In this document: one piece after another, positions 1 to 8,738 of the stretch | Layout of the letters: each line of letters opens with the position of its first letter | How positions within the stretch are numbered: the stretch's first letter is position 1 | DNA from: Vibrio alginolyticus NBRC 15630 = ATCC 17749 | Lineage (GTDB): Bacteria > Pseudomonadota > Gammaproteobacteria > Enterobacterales > Vibrionaceae | NCBI RefSeq assembly: GCF_000354175.2 | Contig: NC_022349.1 | Location: 930,001-962,000 of the forward strand | DNA: 32,000 bases | Direction of reading: 5' to 3' | Notes under the pieces: generated by a model | What the model was told of the DNA's origin: nothing | The model's database searches: none | Seen by the model: the letters and a program-made list of their open reading frames with translations, nothing else | Translations under genes and position numbers: made by a program

Positions 1-2478
1 CATTCCCGGTTGATTCAAATAGCCTTTCGCCAGCCCTGCACCTGCAAGGTATAACTCACCGGCTACGCCGACAGGCACTTCTTGCAATGCATTGTTCAAA
101 ACATAGGCTTTAGCGTTGAGTATCGGACGGCCAATCACAGGGGTGGTATCTGCATTTAGAGGAGCACTCACGGCATCTACGGTAAATTCTGTTGGGCCAT
201 AGAAGTTCTCTACCAACAATTGAGGGTAATTCCCCACCCGCTCCCACAGTTTTTCTGGTATCGCTTCACTGCCGATGAGAACCAGAGTCGGAGTATAAAC
301 CTGCTCCATAAGCCCACTATCAAGCATCTGATTAAACAGCGATGGGGGTAAGTCCATTGCATCGATGCGGTCGTTTTCTACACATTTAACTAATTCATAG
401 GCATCTTTGCGCTGATCATCATCGTAAAGATAAAGCGTGTGCCCGCATAGCATCCAAATAACTTGTTCCCAAGAAGCATCAAATGAAAATGAAGTCGTAT
501 GTGAGGCCCTGACCGTAATCTTTTCCGGCTCAGTTGAACGATTTGTCGCTAGGCTTGATATCGCCTTCCCAAAGATAGAGTTTTGATGAGAATGAAGTAA
601 ATTAAGTAACGCGCCATGTGTGTTCATAACACCTTTCGGCTTACCTGTTGAGCCTGAGGTAAATACGATATAGGCGACATCATGCTTGGAGATATCAATC
701 TGTTCTGGGGTTGAAATCTGTTGAGCGGTTAATTCAGCAAGTGTTGTGCAGTTTGCTAATTCCCCCCATGACAGGTTTTCTCTATCTTCAACAATAACTG
801 TTTGAGGTTGAGCCTGTTCAAGGATAGTCTCTATACGCTCTTGGGGATAATCAAGATCTATTGGCAAGTAAGCCCCACCACAGCGCATGATAGCCAGCAT
901 AGTAACCACGGTTTCTGGACTTCGAGGCAATGCCACGCCTACAACATGCTTTTGTTTTATACCCAAAGTACGCAACTGAGCAGCGCGCTGCTCAATGGCT
1001 TCACGCAGTGACTGAAAGCTCCATTTTTGTTGCTTATAAACGAGCGCAGTTTCATCTGGTGTTTGTGCAGCATTGCGTTCCAAAACATCAAGAACAGACT
1101 TATCTTGATACGGATCTTGCCATCGATTGCCAACAGACCAATCATCAATACTTTGCTGTTCACTTTGAGGAGCAAGTGCAATTTCAGCGAGTGTAATGGA
1201 TGGGGTTTGCGCGATTTGCTCTACCATGTTGGCAAATCGATTAGCATGAATCGTTAATGATTGGGTATTATACTTTTGCGCATTGGCTGTGATCTCAATC
1301 TCGAGCTTGCTGTTACTTAATGCAGGAGAAAATTCAATATCATCGATCGGACCTGCAGATAAGATATTCGTTTTCGATTTATTGCTACCAACATGCAGTT
1401 CATCTTCAAATGGCTTGAAGTTGAGCATTGGTCCGTACAAGGGTTGCCCTACTTTGCCTAAATCACGCGAGATTTGCTCTGCTTCATACATTTGGTAACG
1501 ACGAGCTTGTCTGATGGCTTTATTCATCACCCGAGCGACATCAGTAATACTCATAGTTTTATCAACAGAAAATGCCAAAGGTAGTACATTCACAACCGCA
1601 CCAGAGGCACTCATTGCCGAACTGCCCATTCGGCGCATAAACGGGAAGCCGACACAGACGTCGTCATTGCCACTGTGTAAATGTAAATACGCAAACACAA
1701 GAGCCATTGCGAGCTCTGAAGGCAGTACATTATTGCCTTGCGCATGTAGCCAATCGCCACCACGAAGACTAATGTGCTGCTTAACAACACCAAAACGTGC
1801 CTTATCGGTTCCACCTATGGTTAAAGAAGGCGGAGCGGGCAACGACCTTCCGGCCTCCTTCCAAAAATATCGTGCTTTGTCGTATTGCTCTGATTCGATA
1901 AATTGACCATGTTCCGCGACTACCTTGGCCATTGGTGTAAAACCTTCAGGCTCGGACGTTCCGAGTGTCATGTGATTGTAGTGACGGGTGATATTTTGGC
2001 TAATTGCGTTAAAACTGAATCCATCAACATCAATATGGTGATAACGCTGGTACCAAAGCCACTTTGGTGCTTGCTTGGAGCCAATTTGAATTAGACAGTG
2101 ACGGTAGCGTCTTACATTGCCTTGAATATCAATGGCTGTTTGCAGATCTTTTTCCATCCATTCCAATGCAGCATTTTTTGGCTGCTCTAAATGGGAAAAA
2201 TCGAAAACCTCCAGAACATCTTCTAAAGCCGTTCCGGCTAGAAATTGCTGTTTGATTACGCCTTCGACTTCTACATAACGACAATGTAATGAATCTGCAG
2301 TGTTAAGCCCTTTGGCCACTGCCTGCCTAAAAACCGACGTATCAACTTGACCTTCAATTTCTACATAATGTGCGACGTTGAATTCTTCAGGGTTTGGCAT
2401 CACTTGCTGAGCGAACCAAATTCCTTGTTGTGTGCCCAATAGAGGCCATAAATTATCTTGCACTTGTTGAGTGCGCAT
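1..2478 (-). CDS. Non-ribosomal peptide synthetase, EntF-like (condensation domain plus most of an adenylation domain); 3' end lies beyond base 1
   Basis: Own minus-strand translation from ATG at 2478 gives MRTQQVQDNLWPLLGTQQGIWFAQQVMPNPEEFNVAHYVEIEG... In-frame motifs: C-domain HHIDVDGFS (2040-2014), A-domain TSGSTGKPKGV (660-628) and GELYLAGAGLAKGYL (60-16). These motifs share one frame that runs to base 1. Absent from the ORF track because it is truncated. Confidence 0.9.
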   Translation of the reverse strand, partial: MRTQQVQDNLWPLLGTQQGIWFAQQVMPNPEEFNVAHYVEIEGQVDTSVFRQAVAKGLNTADSLHCRYVEVEGVIKQQFLAGTALEDVLEVFDFSHLEQPKNAALEWMEKDLQTAIDIQGNVRRYRHCLIQIGSKQAPKWLWYQRYHHIDVDGFSFNAISQNITRHYNHMTLGTSEPEGFTPMAKVVAEHGQFIESEQYDKARYFWKEAGRSLPAPPSLTIGGTDKARFGVVKQHISLRGGDWLHAQGNNVLPSELAMALVFAYLHLHSGNDDVCVGFPFMRRMGSSAMSASGAVVNVLPLAFSVDKTMSITDVARVMNKAIRQARRYQMYEAEQISRDLGKVGQPLYGPMLNFKPFEDELHVGSNKSKTNILSAGPIDDIEFSPALSNSKLEIEITANAQKYNTQSLTIHANRFANMVEQIAQTPSITLAEIALAPQSEQQSIDDWSVGNRWQDPYQDKSVLDVLERNAAQTPDETALVYKQQKWSFQSLREAIEQRAAQLRTLGIKQKHVVGVALPRSPETVVTMLAIMRCGGAYLPIDLDYPQERIETILEQAQPQTVIVEDRENLSWGELANCTTLAELTAQQISTPEQIDISKHDVAYIVFTSGSTGKPKGVMNTHGALLNLLHSHQNSIFGKAISSLATNRSTEPEKITVRASHTTSFSFDASWEQVIWMLCGHTLYLYDDDQRKDAYELVKCVENDRIDAMDLPPSLFNQMLDSGLMEQVYTPTLVLIGSEAIPEKLWERVGNYPQLLVENFYGPTEFTVDAVSAPLNADTTPVIGRPILNAKAYVLNNALQEVPVGVAGELYLAGAGLAKGYLNQPGM

Positions 2479-2531
2479 TGGTTTATTCCTTAGAAATTTA
2501 ATTATTATCGTCGTGGCTATTTGTTTGTTTT

Positions 2532-2726
2532 TTACACACGAATGTCGTGCCAATTCGCTTCGATATAATCAATGCAGTCTTGCTTTAGTGACGGACCAAA
2601 TGTGCTTTTCCAGCCAGGAGGGATCCCTTTGAACTCAGGCCATAAACTATATTGATTGTTGTGATTAATCAGCACAAAGAACTGGTTTTCAGGTTCGTCA
2701 AAAGGATTAATGTATTTCTCAGACAT
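2532..2726 (-). CDS. MbtH-like NRPS accessory protein (64 aa)
   Basis: MSEKYINPFDEPENQFFVLINHNNQYSLWPEFKGIPPGWKS has the MbtH signature (NPF..., SLWP, PxGW). ATG at 2726 is preceded by GGAG; the track start at 2738 is a TTG. Confidence 0.9.
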   Translation of the reverse strand: MSEKYINPFDEPENQFFVLINHNNQYSLWPEFKGIPPGWKSTFGPSLKQDCIDYIEANWHDIRV

Positions 2727-2749
2727 AGTTAACTCCAATCATAGAAAAA

Positions 2750-4072
2750 TCAGGATTCAAAATTAAAAACATATGACAACCCATCAATGATGCCTCCGCG
2801 CCAACACAGGCGTTCATGTCCACCATCAAAGGTGCGAAACGATAACCGATGGTTTTGTTGCTTAAGTTGCTGGTATAGGTCTTGGCTCAAGTCCACCATG
2901 ATGTCTTCCCCTAACCCAACTTCCATAAAAACACTTAGCTTTACGTTAGAACCAAGGCCAGAATGAACCAATTGACTCATTTGAGTTAAAGGTTCGCTTG
3001 TTTGAAGAGGAGAATATTCACTAGGTGGCTTCACTAACGAAAAATCAGGCCACCAGAATGAACCCGACTGACAAACAACCGCACCAAAACGGTCCGGATG
3101 GTTCAATCCGGCATACATCGCACTCAAACCACCAAGGCTTTGCCCAACAACAGCCGTACGATTAGCCTCATTAGTAATTGGGAAATAATGACCAACCAAC
3201 GGCAGCAGTTCTTGAGTGATAGCCTGCCAAAACAAAGGGTTGCAACTGAATTCTTCATTACGCAGCGCTCCATTGATTTCATCAATGAAGACATACAAGG
3301 CAGGTGGAAGCTGACCGCTGCTCGTCGCATCGGTCAGCGCACTGAACAGAGGCATGGATTGAGACCAAAATTGACCATCTAAGACTAAAACCAATGGCAG
3401 TTCAGCCATTTGGTCAGCGCTGGCTGTCGAATACAACCAAACATAGCGCTCATTACCTAAACACTGGCTAGTCCAAGCCAGTTGCATGCCCGCTCCTGCC
3501 TGAACATTGCCATTTTTTGTATCGAACCTTGACCAAGCACTTTGCGATACTGCCTTTGGCATAGATAGCGGCGTTTTCGAACGTCCCCATTCGCAGGCTG
3601 ACAAATTGTTTTTACTTAAATCATCGCGAACACTAAGAGGAAAAATGGTTCTCAACCACTCCCGATGCTTGGTGCGTTTCTCTTGGTATGTTCCGTGGTA
3701 CGCTGGTTGGACGCGTTCATGTGTCACTGGAATAAACGTGTAGCTCCCACGCCACGTACTGTTTACCCTTGCCTTATAAAACCAAACATCCGTTCCTTTG
3801 ACATGAGTAAGCCTTGCCATATCAAAGCTGTGATGATCAGTAATACCATTGATATCAATGTATATTTCCTTAACACTGTCATCCGTGTTTCGCCAAAGAA
3901 ATAGCAGCTCAACGCTTGTATTATCTTGGGAAAGGATAAAAGGTGTTCCTTTTGTCTGCACCTCGTTCCACCAACATGGGGCTCCTACTTCTTCATTATC
4001 TTCAAGCAAACCACTTAAAACACTATTGATATTCTTATTTTCTATTATTCGAAAAGCCTTTATATCCATCAC
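2750..4072 (-). CDS. Enterochelin (ferric-catecholate) esterase, Fes family
   Basis: 440-aa ORF with serine-esterase motif GQSLGGLSAMYAGLNHPDRFG. Size and N-terminal domain are typical of Fes/IroD. It sits between the MbtH/NRPS genes and a siderophore receptor. Confidence 0.85.
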   Translation of the reverse strand: MMDIKAFRIIENKNINSVLSGLLEDNEEVGAPCWWNEVQTKGTPFILSQDNTSVELLFLWRNTDDSVKEIYIDINGITDHHSFDMARLTHVKGTDVWFYKARVNSTWRGSYTFIPVTHERVQPAYHGTYQEKRTKHREWLRTIFPLSVRDDLSKNNLSACEWGRSKTPLSMPKAVSQSAWSRFDTKNGNVQAGAGMQLAWTSQCLGNERYVWLYSTASADQMAELPLVLVLDGQFWSQSMPLFSALTDATSSGQLPPALYVFIDEINGALRNEEFSCNPLFWQAITQELLPLVGHYFPITNEANRTAVVGQSLGGLSAMYAGLNHPDRFGAVVCQSGSFWWPDFSLVKPPSEYSPLQTSEPLTQMSQLVHSGLGSNVKLSVFMEVGLGEDIMVDLSQDLYQQLKQQNHRLSFRTFDGGHERLCWRGGIIDGLSYVFNFES

Positions 4073-4152
4073 AAATCCAACTTGTACGTCGATACTTCAT
4101 GCATATCTTCTAGTAATGAGATAGCACAAACTTATATCATCATTGTTGTAAA

Positions 4153-4167
4153 TAATAATAATTATCA
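4153..4167. promoter_or_regulatory. Fur box in the divergent esterase/receptor promoter region
   Basis: TAATAATAATTATCA matches the 7-1-7 Fur consensus TGATAATnATTATCA at 13 of 14 specified positions. It lies in an AT-rich 183-bp divergent intergenic region. Confidence 0.65.
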
Positions 4168-4255
4168 TTAGTATTATTGCCGCAACACTTTTTTACATAA
4201 ATGTTGTTACAACATCAAATGTTTTCTTCTTTTTTTATTAAGGAATACTCAGGTC

Positions 4256-6349
4256 ATGAAGCCCATGGATTTAAACAGTGGCATCACCATCACTAATACT
4301 GGCAAGACTAAACTTGCCATGCTCATTGGTGTAATTTGCCTTGGAGCCAGCACCACTCTTTCAGCAGAGCAAGTGGACAACAGCAATACTAAGAAAGGCC
4401 AAGAAACCCTAACAACCCTAGAAACCATTGTGGTACTTGGTGAAAAACTCGGTGGTACACTTGCTGAGAACACAAGCTCAGTCACCGTTTTTACTGATGA
4501 AGCAGACAATGGCGAAGATCAAACATACTACGATCTACTCGATCGCGTCCCGAATGTACTGAATGCCCCTTCTGGTATTCCACATATTCGAGGTGTCGAT
4601 GGTCGTGGGCCTGGTGAAGGCTTCCTTTCCTTCATGACAGGAGCGACACCAAGGGTGAATACAACCGTTGATGGCGTGTCAGAGTCATGGACTGGTGAAG
4701 CCTTTGGTAAAGCCGGATTGTGGGATACAGAACAAGTAGAGATTTATAAAGGCCCTCAATCAACCAACCAAGGCCGAAATAGTATTGGCGGCGCGGTGGT
4801 CATCAAAACCAAAGATCCAACGTTCCACTTTGAAAGTAAAGTTCGTGGTGGCTACGAAAACGAAGATGACAAATATCACTTAGCTGGTGTTGTTTCTGCC
4901 CCAATCGTGTCTGAAAAGCTCGCATTTCGATTAGCCGCCGAGGGCACAAAGGGTAATACACCAATTGATTACTCGCTGCCCGATAATGACCAATATCCAT
5001 GGGACCCTTCTGAAGTTGAATCCTATAATGTGAGAGGTAAGCTGTTATTCAAACCGATGTCTAACGATAAGCTTACGCTAAAACTAACATTGGCTAGCCG
5101 TAATGAAGAAGGTCAATATACAAATCTGGTTTCTGAAAAAGGTAAGTTTGAATACATTGATGAAAACGGTACTCGACGTCAAACAACCGAAAGCTGGAAT
5201 GCAAATTTTGACATAAATTACTTAATCAATGATGAATTAACCCTTGATGTATTGCTTGCGCGCCGAGACTATAATACGAAATTCAAAGCTTATCCTCGTA
5301 CGGACTGGTGGGGTGATGTTGATGAAAAAAACTACACCGCAGAAGCGAAGCTATCTTATAACTCGTTAGATGACAAATACAATGCCATTGTCGGGGTAAG
5401 CAGTTTTTACAAAGATCAGGATACGCAAACAGACTCGATGAAGCGTAAAGATAAAGTTCTGACCAACTCAATTTACTTCGATTCAAAAGTCCAGCTCAAT
5501 AACCGTTGGGGCTTGCTACTTGGCGCTCGTTACGAAAAAGATGAGCTGAAGCGTGATTTTGACCACGCAAGGTTCCCACTCGATTTCAATGCTGATGAAA
5601 GTAACGGTATTTTGCTACCAAAAGTCGGTGTAACTTTAAATGTATCAGACAATTCAATGCTTGGACTTACTGCTCGTAAAGGATACAACGCTGGCGGACT
5701 TGGATACAACGAGTACCAACAACAGGTCTTTGTGTTTGAGCAGGAAGAAGTCTGGACTTATGAGCTAAGTTCCCGTTCAACTTTCCTTGAAAATAGACTT
5801 GGTTTGACTGCAAATGTCTTCTACAACGACTATGAAAACTATCAAACGGTCGTGTATGGTGACAGTGGAAATCGTTTCGACAATTACATAGCAAACATCC
5901 CTAAAGGAAAAACATACGGTACTGAAGTTGAAACCAATTACTGGTTTGACTCAGGTCTGGACGTATTCGCATTTGTAGGCTTGTTAAAAACAGAAATCAC
6001 CGAAGGACCAAGCGGTACTGTTGAAAACTTAAATGGGAATGAGTTCAGTTATGCACCTGAAGTGTCGGCTGGTCTTGGCTTCACCCAACAGCTAGATTCG
6101 GGCATTTTCTTTGGTGCTCGTGTTAATCACGTAACGGATTACTTTACAGATCTCGCCAACACCCGAAGTACGTCAGCAGGCGACTACACCATATTGAATC
6201 TCAATGCAGGTTATGCCATGAATGATCTCACCATTCGGGCCTACATTAAGAATGCAACAGATGAAGATTACGTTCTTCGCCATAAGAATGATCTTATCGA
6301 AATGGGCGGACCTCGTACATTCGGTCTTGTGGCTGATTACCAATTCTAA
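4256..6349 (+). CDS. TonB-dependent siderophore outer-membrane receptor
   Basis: 697 aa with a signal peptide (...CLGASTTLSAEQ), a TonB-box-like ETIVVLGEK, plug motifs (IRGVDGRG, EIYKGPQST) and a beta-barrel ending in the terminal aromatic ...ADYQF. AAGGAA RBS upstream. Confidence 0.9.
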   Translation: MKPMDLNSGITITNTGKTKLAMLIGVICLGASTTLSAEQVDNSNTKKGQETLTTLETIVVLGEKLGGTLAENTSSVTVFTDEADNGEDQTYYDLLDRVPNVLNAPSGIPHIRGVDGRGPGEGFLSFMTGATPRVNTTVDGVSESWTGEAFGKAGLWDTEQVEIYKGPQSTNQGRNSIGGAVVIKTKDPTFHFESKVRGGYENEDDKYHLAGVVSAPIVSEKLAFRLAAEGTKGNTPIDYSLPDNDQYPWDPSEVESYNVRGKLLFKPMSNDKLTLKLTLASRNEEGQYTNLVSEKGKFEYIDENGTRRQTTESWNANFDINYLINDELTLDVLLARRDYNTKFKAYPRTDWWGDVDEKNYTAEAKLSYNSLDDKYNAIVGVSSFYKDQDTQTDSMKRKDKVLTNSIYFDSKVQLNNRWGLLLGARYEKDELKRDFDHARFPLDFNADESNGILLPKVGVTLNVSDNSMLGLTARKGYNAGGLGYNEYQQQVFVFEQEEVWTYELSSRSTFLENRLGLTANVFYNDYENYQTVVYGDSGNRFDNYIANIPKGKTYGTEVETNYWFDSGLDVFAFVGLLKTEITEGPSGTVENLNGNEFSYAPEVSAGLGFTQQLDSGIFFGARVNHVTDYFTDLANTRSTSAGDYTILNLNAGYAMNDLTIRAYIKNATDEDYVLRHKNDLIEMGGPRTFGLVADYQF

Positions 6350-6410
6350 CAACACAAAGTGCTCCGATGTTATTGTTATATAGTAACTTAAGGATGTATT
6401 GTCTATTAAG

Positions 6411-6430
6411 GCAGATAAATCTGCTTTTTT
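6411..6430 (+). terminator. Rho-independent terminator after the receptor gene
   Basis: GCAGA-TAAA-TCTGC hairpin followed by TTTTTT. Confidence 0.6.
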
Positions 6431-6534
6431 CGTAACGTTTATTAAGTACATCGTGACTTGTGTGTACGGCATGTATAGAGAATAGTATTACTCCCTACCA
6501 AAGACAAAATAAAGAATCGCAATTAGTCAACTCA

Positions 6535-6560
6535 ATGGATTCCAAAGGAATCCATTTTTT
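6535..6560 (+). terminator. Strong hairpin plus T-run with no ORF upstream (orphan terminator or leader attenuator)
   Basis: ATGGATTCC-AAA-GGAATCCAT is a perfect 9-bp stem followed by TTTTTT, 48 nt upstream of the transporter start. Confidence 0.55.
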
Positions 6561-6607
6561 CTTCACAAAGCTAAAATGATTAACTACGGTATATCAGTGA
6601 ATACCTG

Positions 6608-7312
6608 ATGCTCATCAGCCAAGGGCAACTGTTGTACTTGTTGGGCTTCAGCTTTCTGTATGGTTTACTGCATTCGGTTGCCCCTGGACACGGTAAAACG
6701 GCAGTGACGTCAATGAGCTTGATTCATGGCTACCGTCGCCGACAAGCACTTGTGTTAATGGCGATTATTGCCGCCCTACAAGCCGCGAGCGCGTGCATTC
6801 TTTTCGTGATTACTGCCAAGATTGCAGAGCAGTTTGCTTTCAGCCTTTCCGATAATGTTCGTCTGCTGACGCAAGGTTGTGCGGTGTTTATTGTTTTATT
6901 GGCGCTGAAAGAGTTTGCGTCGGTGGTCAAGCGCCGCATCAAGCAAACACGATCTCAAGAAGATGATGATTCCGCAGGTTCTAATGACAATATTTCATGG
7001 AAAGCACTGCTACTCATCGGCTTCCGCCCTTGTACTGGTGCGGTGTTGGTTCTGTTTCTCTCTAACATACTAGGCAGCTTAATGTGGGGCATGGTCGCGA
7101 CATTCGTGATGGCTTTAGGAACGGCAATGACCAACTCGATATTGGTGTTCAACGCTTTAACGATTCAACGCCAAATGAAAAATCACAGCGCCAAACCTAA
7201 TGCCAACTTGAGCGATACGCTTAACCTCGTTTTGGCAGTCACCATGGTGGCATCGGGTTTTATTCTCTATAACTTTGCCAGTGTGGCAGGATTGCAGAAC
7301 TTCGTCAGATAA
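6608..7312 (+). CDS. NicO/RcnA-family nickel/cobalt-type metal transporter (membrane protein)
   Basis: 234 aa, multi-TM, with the family motif HSVAPGHGKT in TM1 and an acidic central loop (SQEDDDSAGSNDN). Confidence 0.7.
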   Translation: MLISQGQLLYLLGFSFLYGLLHSVAPGHGKTAVTSMSLIHGYRRRQALVLMAIIAALQAASACILFVITAKIAEQFAFSLSDNVRLLTQGCAVFIVLLALKEFASVVKRRIKQTRSQEDDDSAGSNDNISWKALLLIGFRPCTGAVLVLFLSNILGSLMWGMVATFVMALGTAMTNSILVFNALTIQRQMKNHSAKPNANLSDTLNLVLAVTMVASGFILYNFASVAGLQNFVR

Positions 7313-7336
7313 GTACCGGCAGCAATAAACGCAAAA

Positions 7337-7357
7337 GCCCCAACACTTGGTTGGGGC
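7337..7357. terminator. Bidirectional terminator between convergent genes
   Basis: GCCCCAAC-ACTTG-GTTGGGGC is a perfect 8-bp GC-rich stem, flanked by AAAA upstream and TAAATTT downstream. Confidence 0.65.
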
Positions 7358-7392
7358 TAAATTTACATTGGTTTGTATTTCAATACTGCGTG

Positions 7393-7716
7393 TTACTTAG
7401 GCTCGCGCAACAGGTACAACATTAGCTTCAATGGCGTTTTTGCGATAATGCTGTGAGGCAAATGCGCGTCCATTAGTAGCCAAGCGCCAGCTTTTAGTTC
7501 CTTCGCCTCTTCTTCTAACGTGAACGTACATTCTCCTTCGAGTACTTGTGCAATCGCTGGTACTGCTGCAGTATGTTCGCTCATTTCTTCACCTTCGGCG
7601 AACCCGAAGATAACACCTCGCAAACGCTCACTTTTGTACACAGGACAACTCGTGATACCTGCTTTGGGGATATCCACTTCGCTGGCGAGATCTTCATATA
7701 AGGTGTATTCAAGCAT
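7393..7716 (-). CDS. Cupin-domain protein (107 aa)
   Basis: Small single-domain ORF with cupin-like beta-barrel motifs (GEEMSEHTA...VLEGECTF...AGAWLLMDAHLPHS). It lies 3 nt downstream of the methyltransferase gene, so it is probably in the same operon. Confidence 0.65.
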   Translation of the reverse strand: MLEYTLYEDLASEVDIPKAGITSCPVYKSERLRGVIFGFAEGEEMSEHTAAVPAIAQVLEGECTFTLEEEAKELKAGAWLLMDAHLPHSIIAKTPLKLMLYLLREPK

Positions 7717-7719
7717 GAT

Positions 7720-8526
7720 TTAGCTTTCCTTCTTTCTTGCGACAAGCGTTATCGCAGATAGGTTCTTTTCGTGTTTGCGGAAAATCTTACGCATGCCTAA
7801 CACACGCTTTCTCGCTTGCGGTTTAGTCAGTACGTTTTTCACGATTTTTAAGAACCCACTCAAGCCTTCATCGGCGATAACACGTTTTGGTTCGAGTAAA
7901 TGCATTGGAGCAACGGCTTCAAATTCAACGACCAAGCCATTCTCTTCCATCAGAGCTTTCCACTCAGCGGGGGTGATGGGTTTGGCGGGGTGTTGAATGG
8001 TCTCGGAAACTTCTCTTTGAATCGCGCGCTTTTTATCTTCATCGATTGTATCTGGCGTAATGCACAACTCATGGATACCGTAACGCCCATGAGTCGCGAG
8101 GATTCGAGCAGCCTCGGCAATAATTTCGTTTTTACGCGCATCAGATTGCATCGTCAGCATGGCTTCGCCGTAAACCACAGAAGCGCATTCCGGCTCTAAC
8201 CCTGTCTCTTGTGCATTCCCGACATGACAACGTTGGTTTGAACCCTGTAAGTAAGAGCGAACAATCTCGGCTGCCTGCTGATTTTGTTCGATAGCGGTGT
8301 AGCTTGCTGGGGATTTTTCCAAGCAAAAACGTGCGGTGTAACCCATACCGGGCGCGAATTCGACAACGCGGTCATCACGGGTAATTGCCAACCCTTGCAA
8401 CATTTTTTGTGTCAGCTCTTTGCCACCAGGACGCAGCACTTTCTTACCCAGTTGAGCGAGTACCCAGTGTCCCGGTGTTTTTGTCACTTCTCGCCCTTCA
8501 TTAGGCATGGCTAATCGTTTAGACAT
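7720..8526 (-). CDS. Class I SAM-dependent methyltransferase
   Basis: Motif I VVEFAPGMGYTA. ATG at 8526 (MSKRLAMPNEG...) is preceded by AGGAG. The track's longer N-terminus (to 8592) lacks an RBS. Confidence 0.8.
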   Translation of the reverse strand: MSKRLAMPNEGREVTKTPGHWVLAQLGKKVLRPGGKELTQKMLQGLAITRDDRVVEFAPGMGYTARFCLEKSPASYTAIEQNQQAAEIVRSYLQGSNQRCHVGNAQETGLEPECASVVYGEAMLTMQSDARKNEIIAEAARILATHGRYGIHELCITPDTIDEDKKRAIQREVSETIQHPAKPITPAEWKALMEENGLVVEFEAVAPMHLLEPKRVIADEGLSGFLKIVKNVLTKPQARKRVLGMRKIFRKHEKNLSAITLVARKKES

Positions 8527-8660
8527 AATGACTCCTAAGCAAAGATGGCGACGGGAACAAAAAGAACGACCAGACCGCACAAGGCAACCCATCGAAATAC
8601 GTGGCTAATACCGTCCATAACTGTTCTCCTTTCTCAGGTTGGATAAGTTGGCACATTAAT

Positions 8661-8679
8661 CAATAATGATTATTATTTG
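8661..8679. promoter_or_regulatory. Fur-box-like palindrome in the divergent methyltransferase/regulator intergenic region
   Basis: CAATAATGATTATTATTTG contains the perfect palindrome AATAAT-G-ATTATT. It matches the 7-1-7 Fur consensus at about 11 of 14 positions. Confidence 0.4.
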
Positions 8680-8709
8680 TATCTTATCCTCCAAGTCCGA
8701 ATTTGCTGC

Positions 8710-8723
8710 TTGATAATTATCAA
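8710..8723. promoter_or_regulatory. Perfect FNR-type operator TTGAT-N4-ATCAA
   Basis: TTGATAATTATCAA is a 14-bp perfect palindrome matching the FNR half-sites. It lies 16 nt upstream of the probable GTG start of the adjacent Crp/Fnr-family gene. Confidence 0.55.
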
Positions 8724-8738
8724 GCTAAGGAAAACAGC

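Noticed and set aside
802-2255. Seven + strand track ORFs (63-130 aa) and one minus-strand out-of-frame ORF (1611-1814, 67 aa) between 802 and 2255
   Set aside because: All lie inside or antisense to the long minus-strand EntF-like NRPS frame, which carries the in-frame C- and A-domain motifs. They have low-complexity or odd composition and no RBS, so they are shadow ORFs.
2480-2531. Possible Fur box (AATTTAATTATTATCG) between the MbtH-like gene and the NRPS start
   Set aside because: Only one half-site (ATTATC) matches and the other half is poor. The genes are probably co-transcribed from the Fur-regulated promoter at about 4150.
3098-4124. Five + strand track ORFs and one minus-strand out-of-frame ORF (3124-3330) overlapping the esterase gene, plus similar short ORFs overlapping the receptor (4249-6472), the methyltransferase (7775-8514) and other long genes
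   Set aside because: They are antisense or out of frame relative to long ORFs with clear family motifs. They show no RBS or domain signal.
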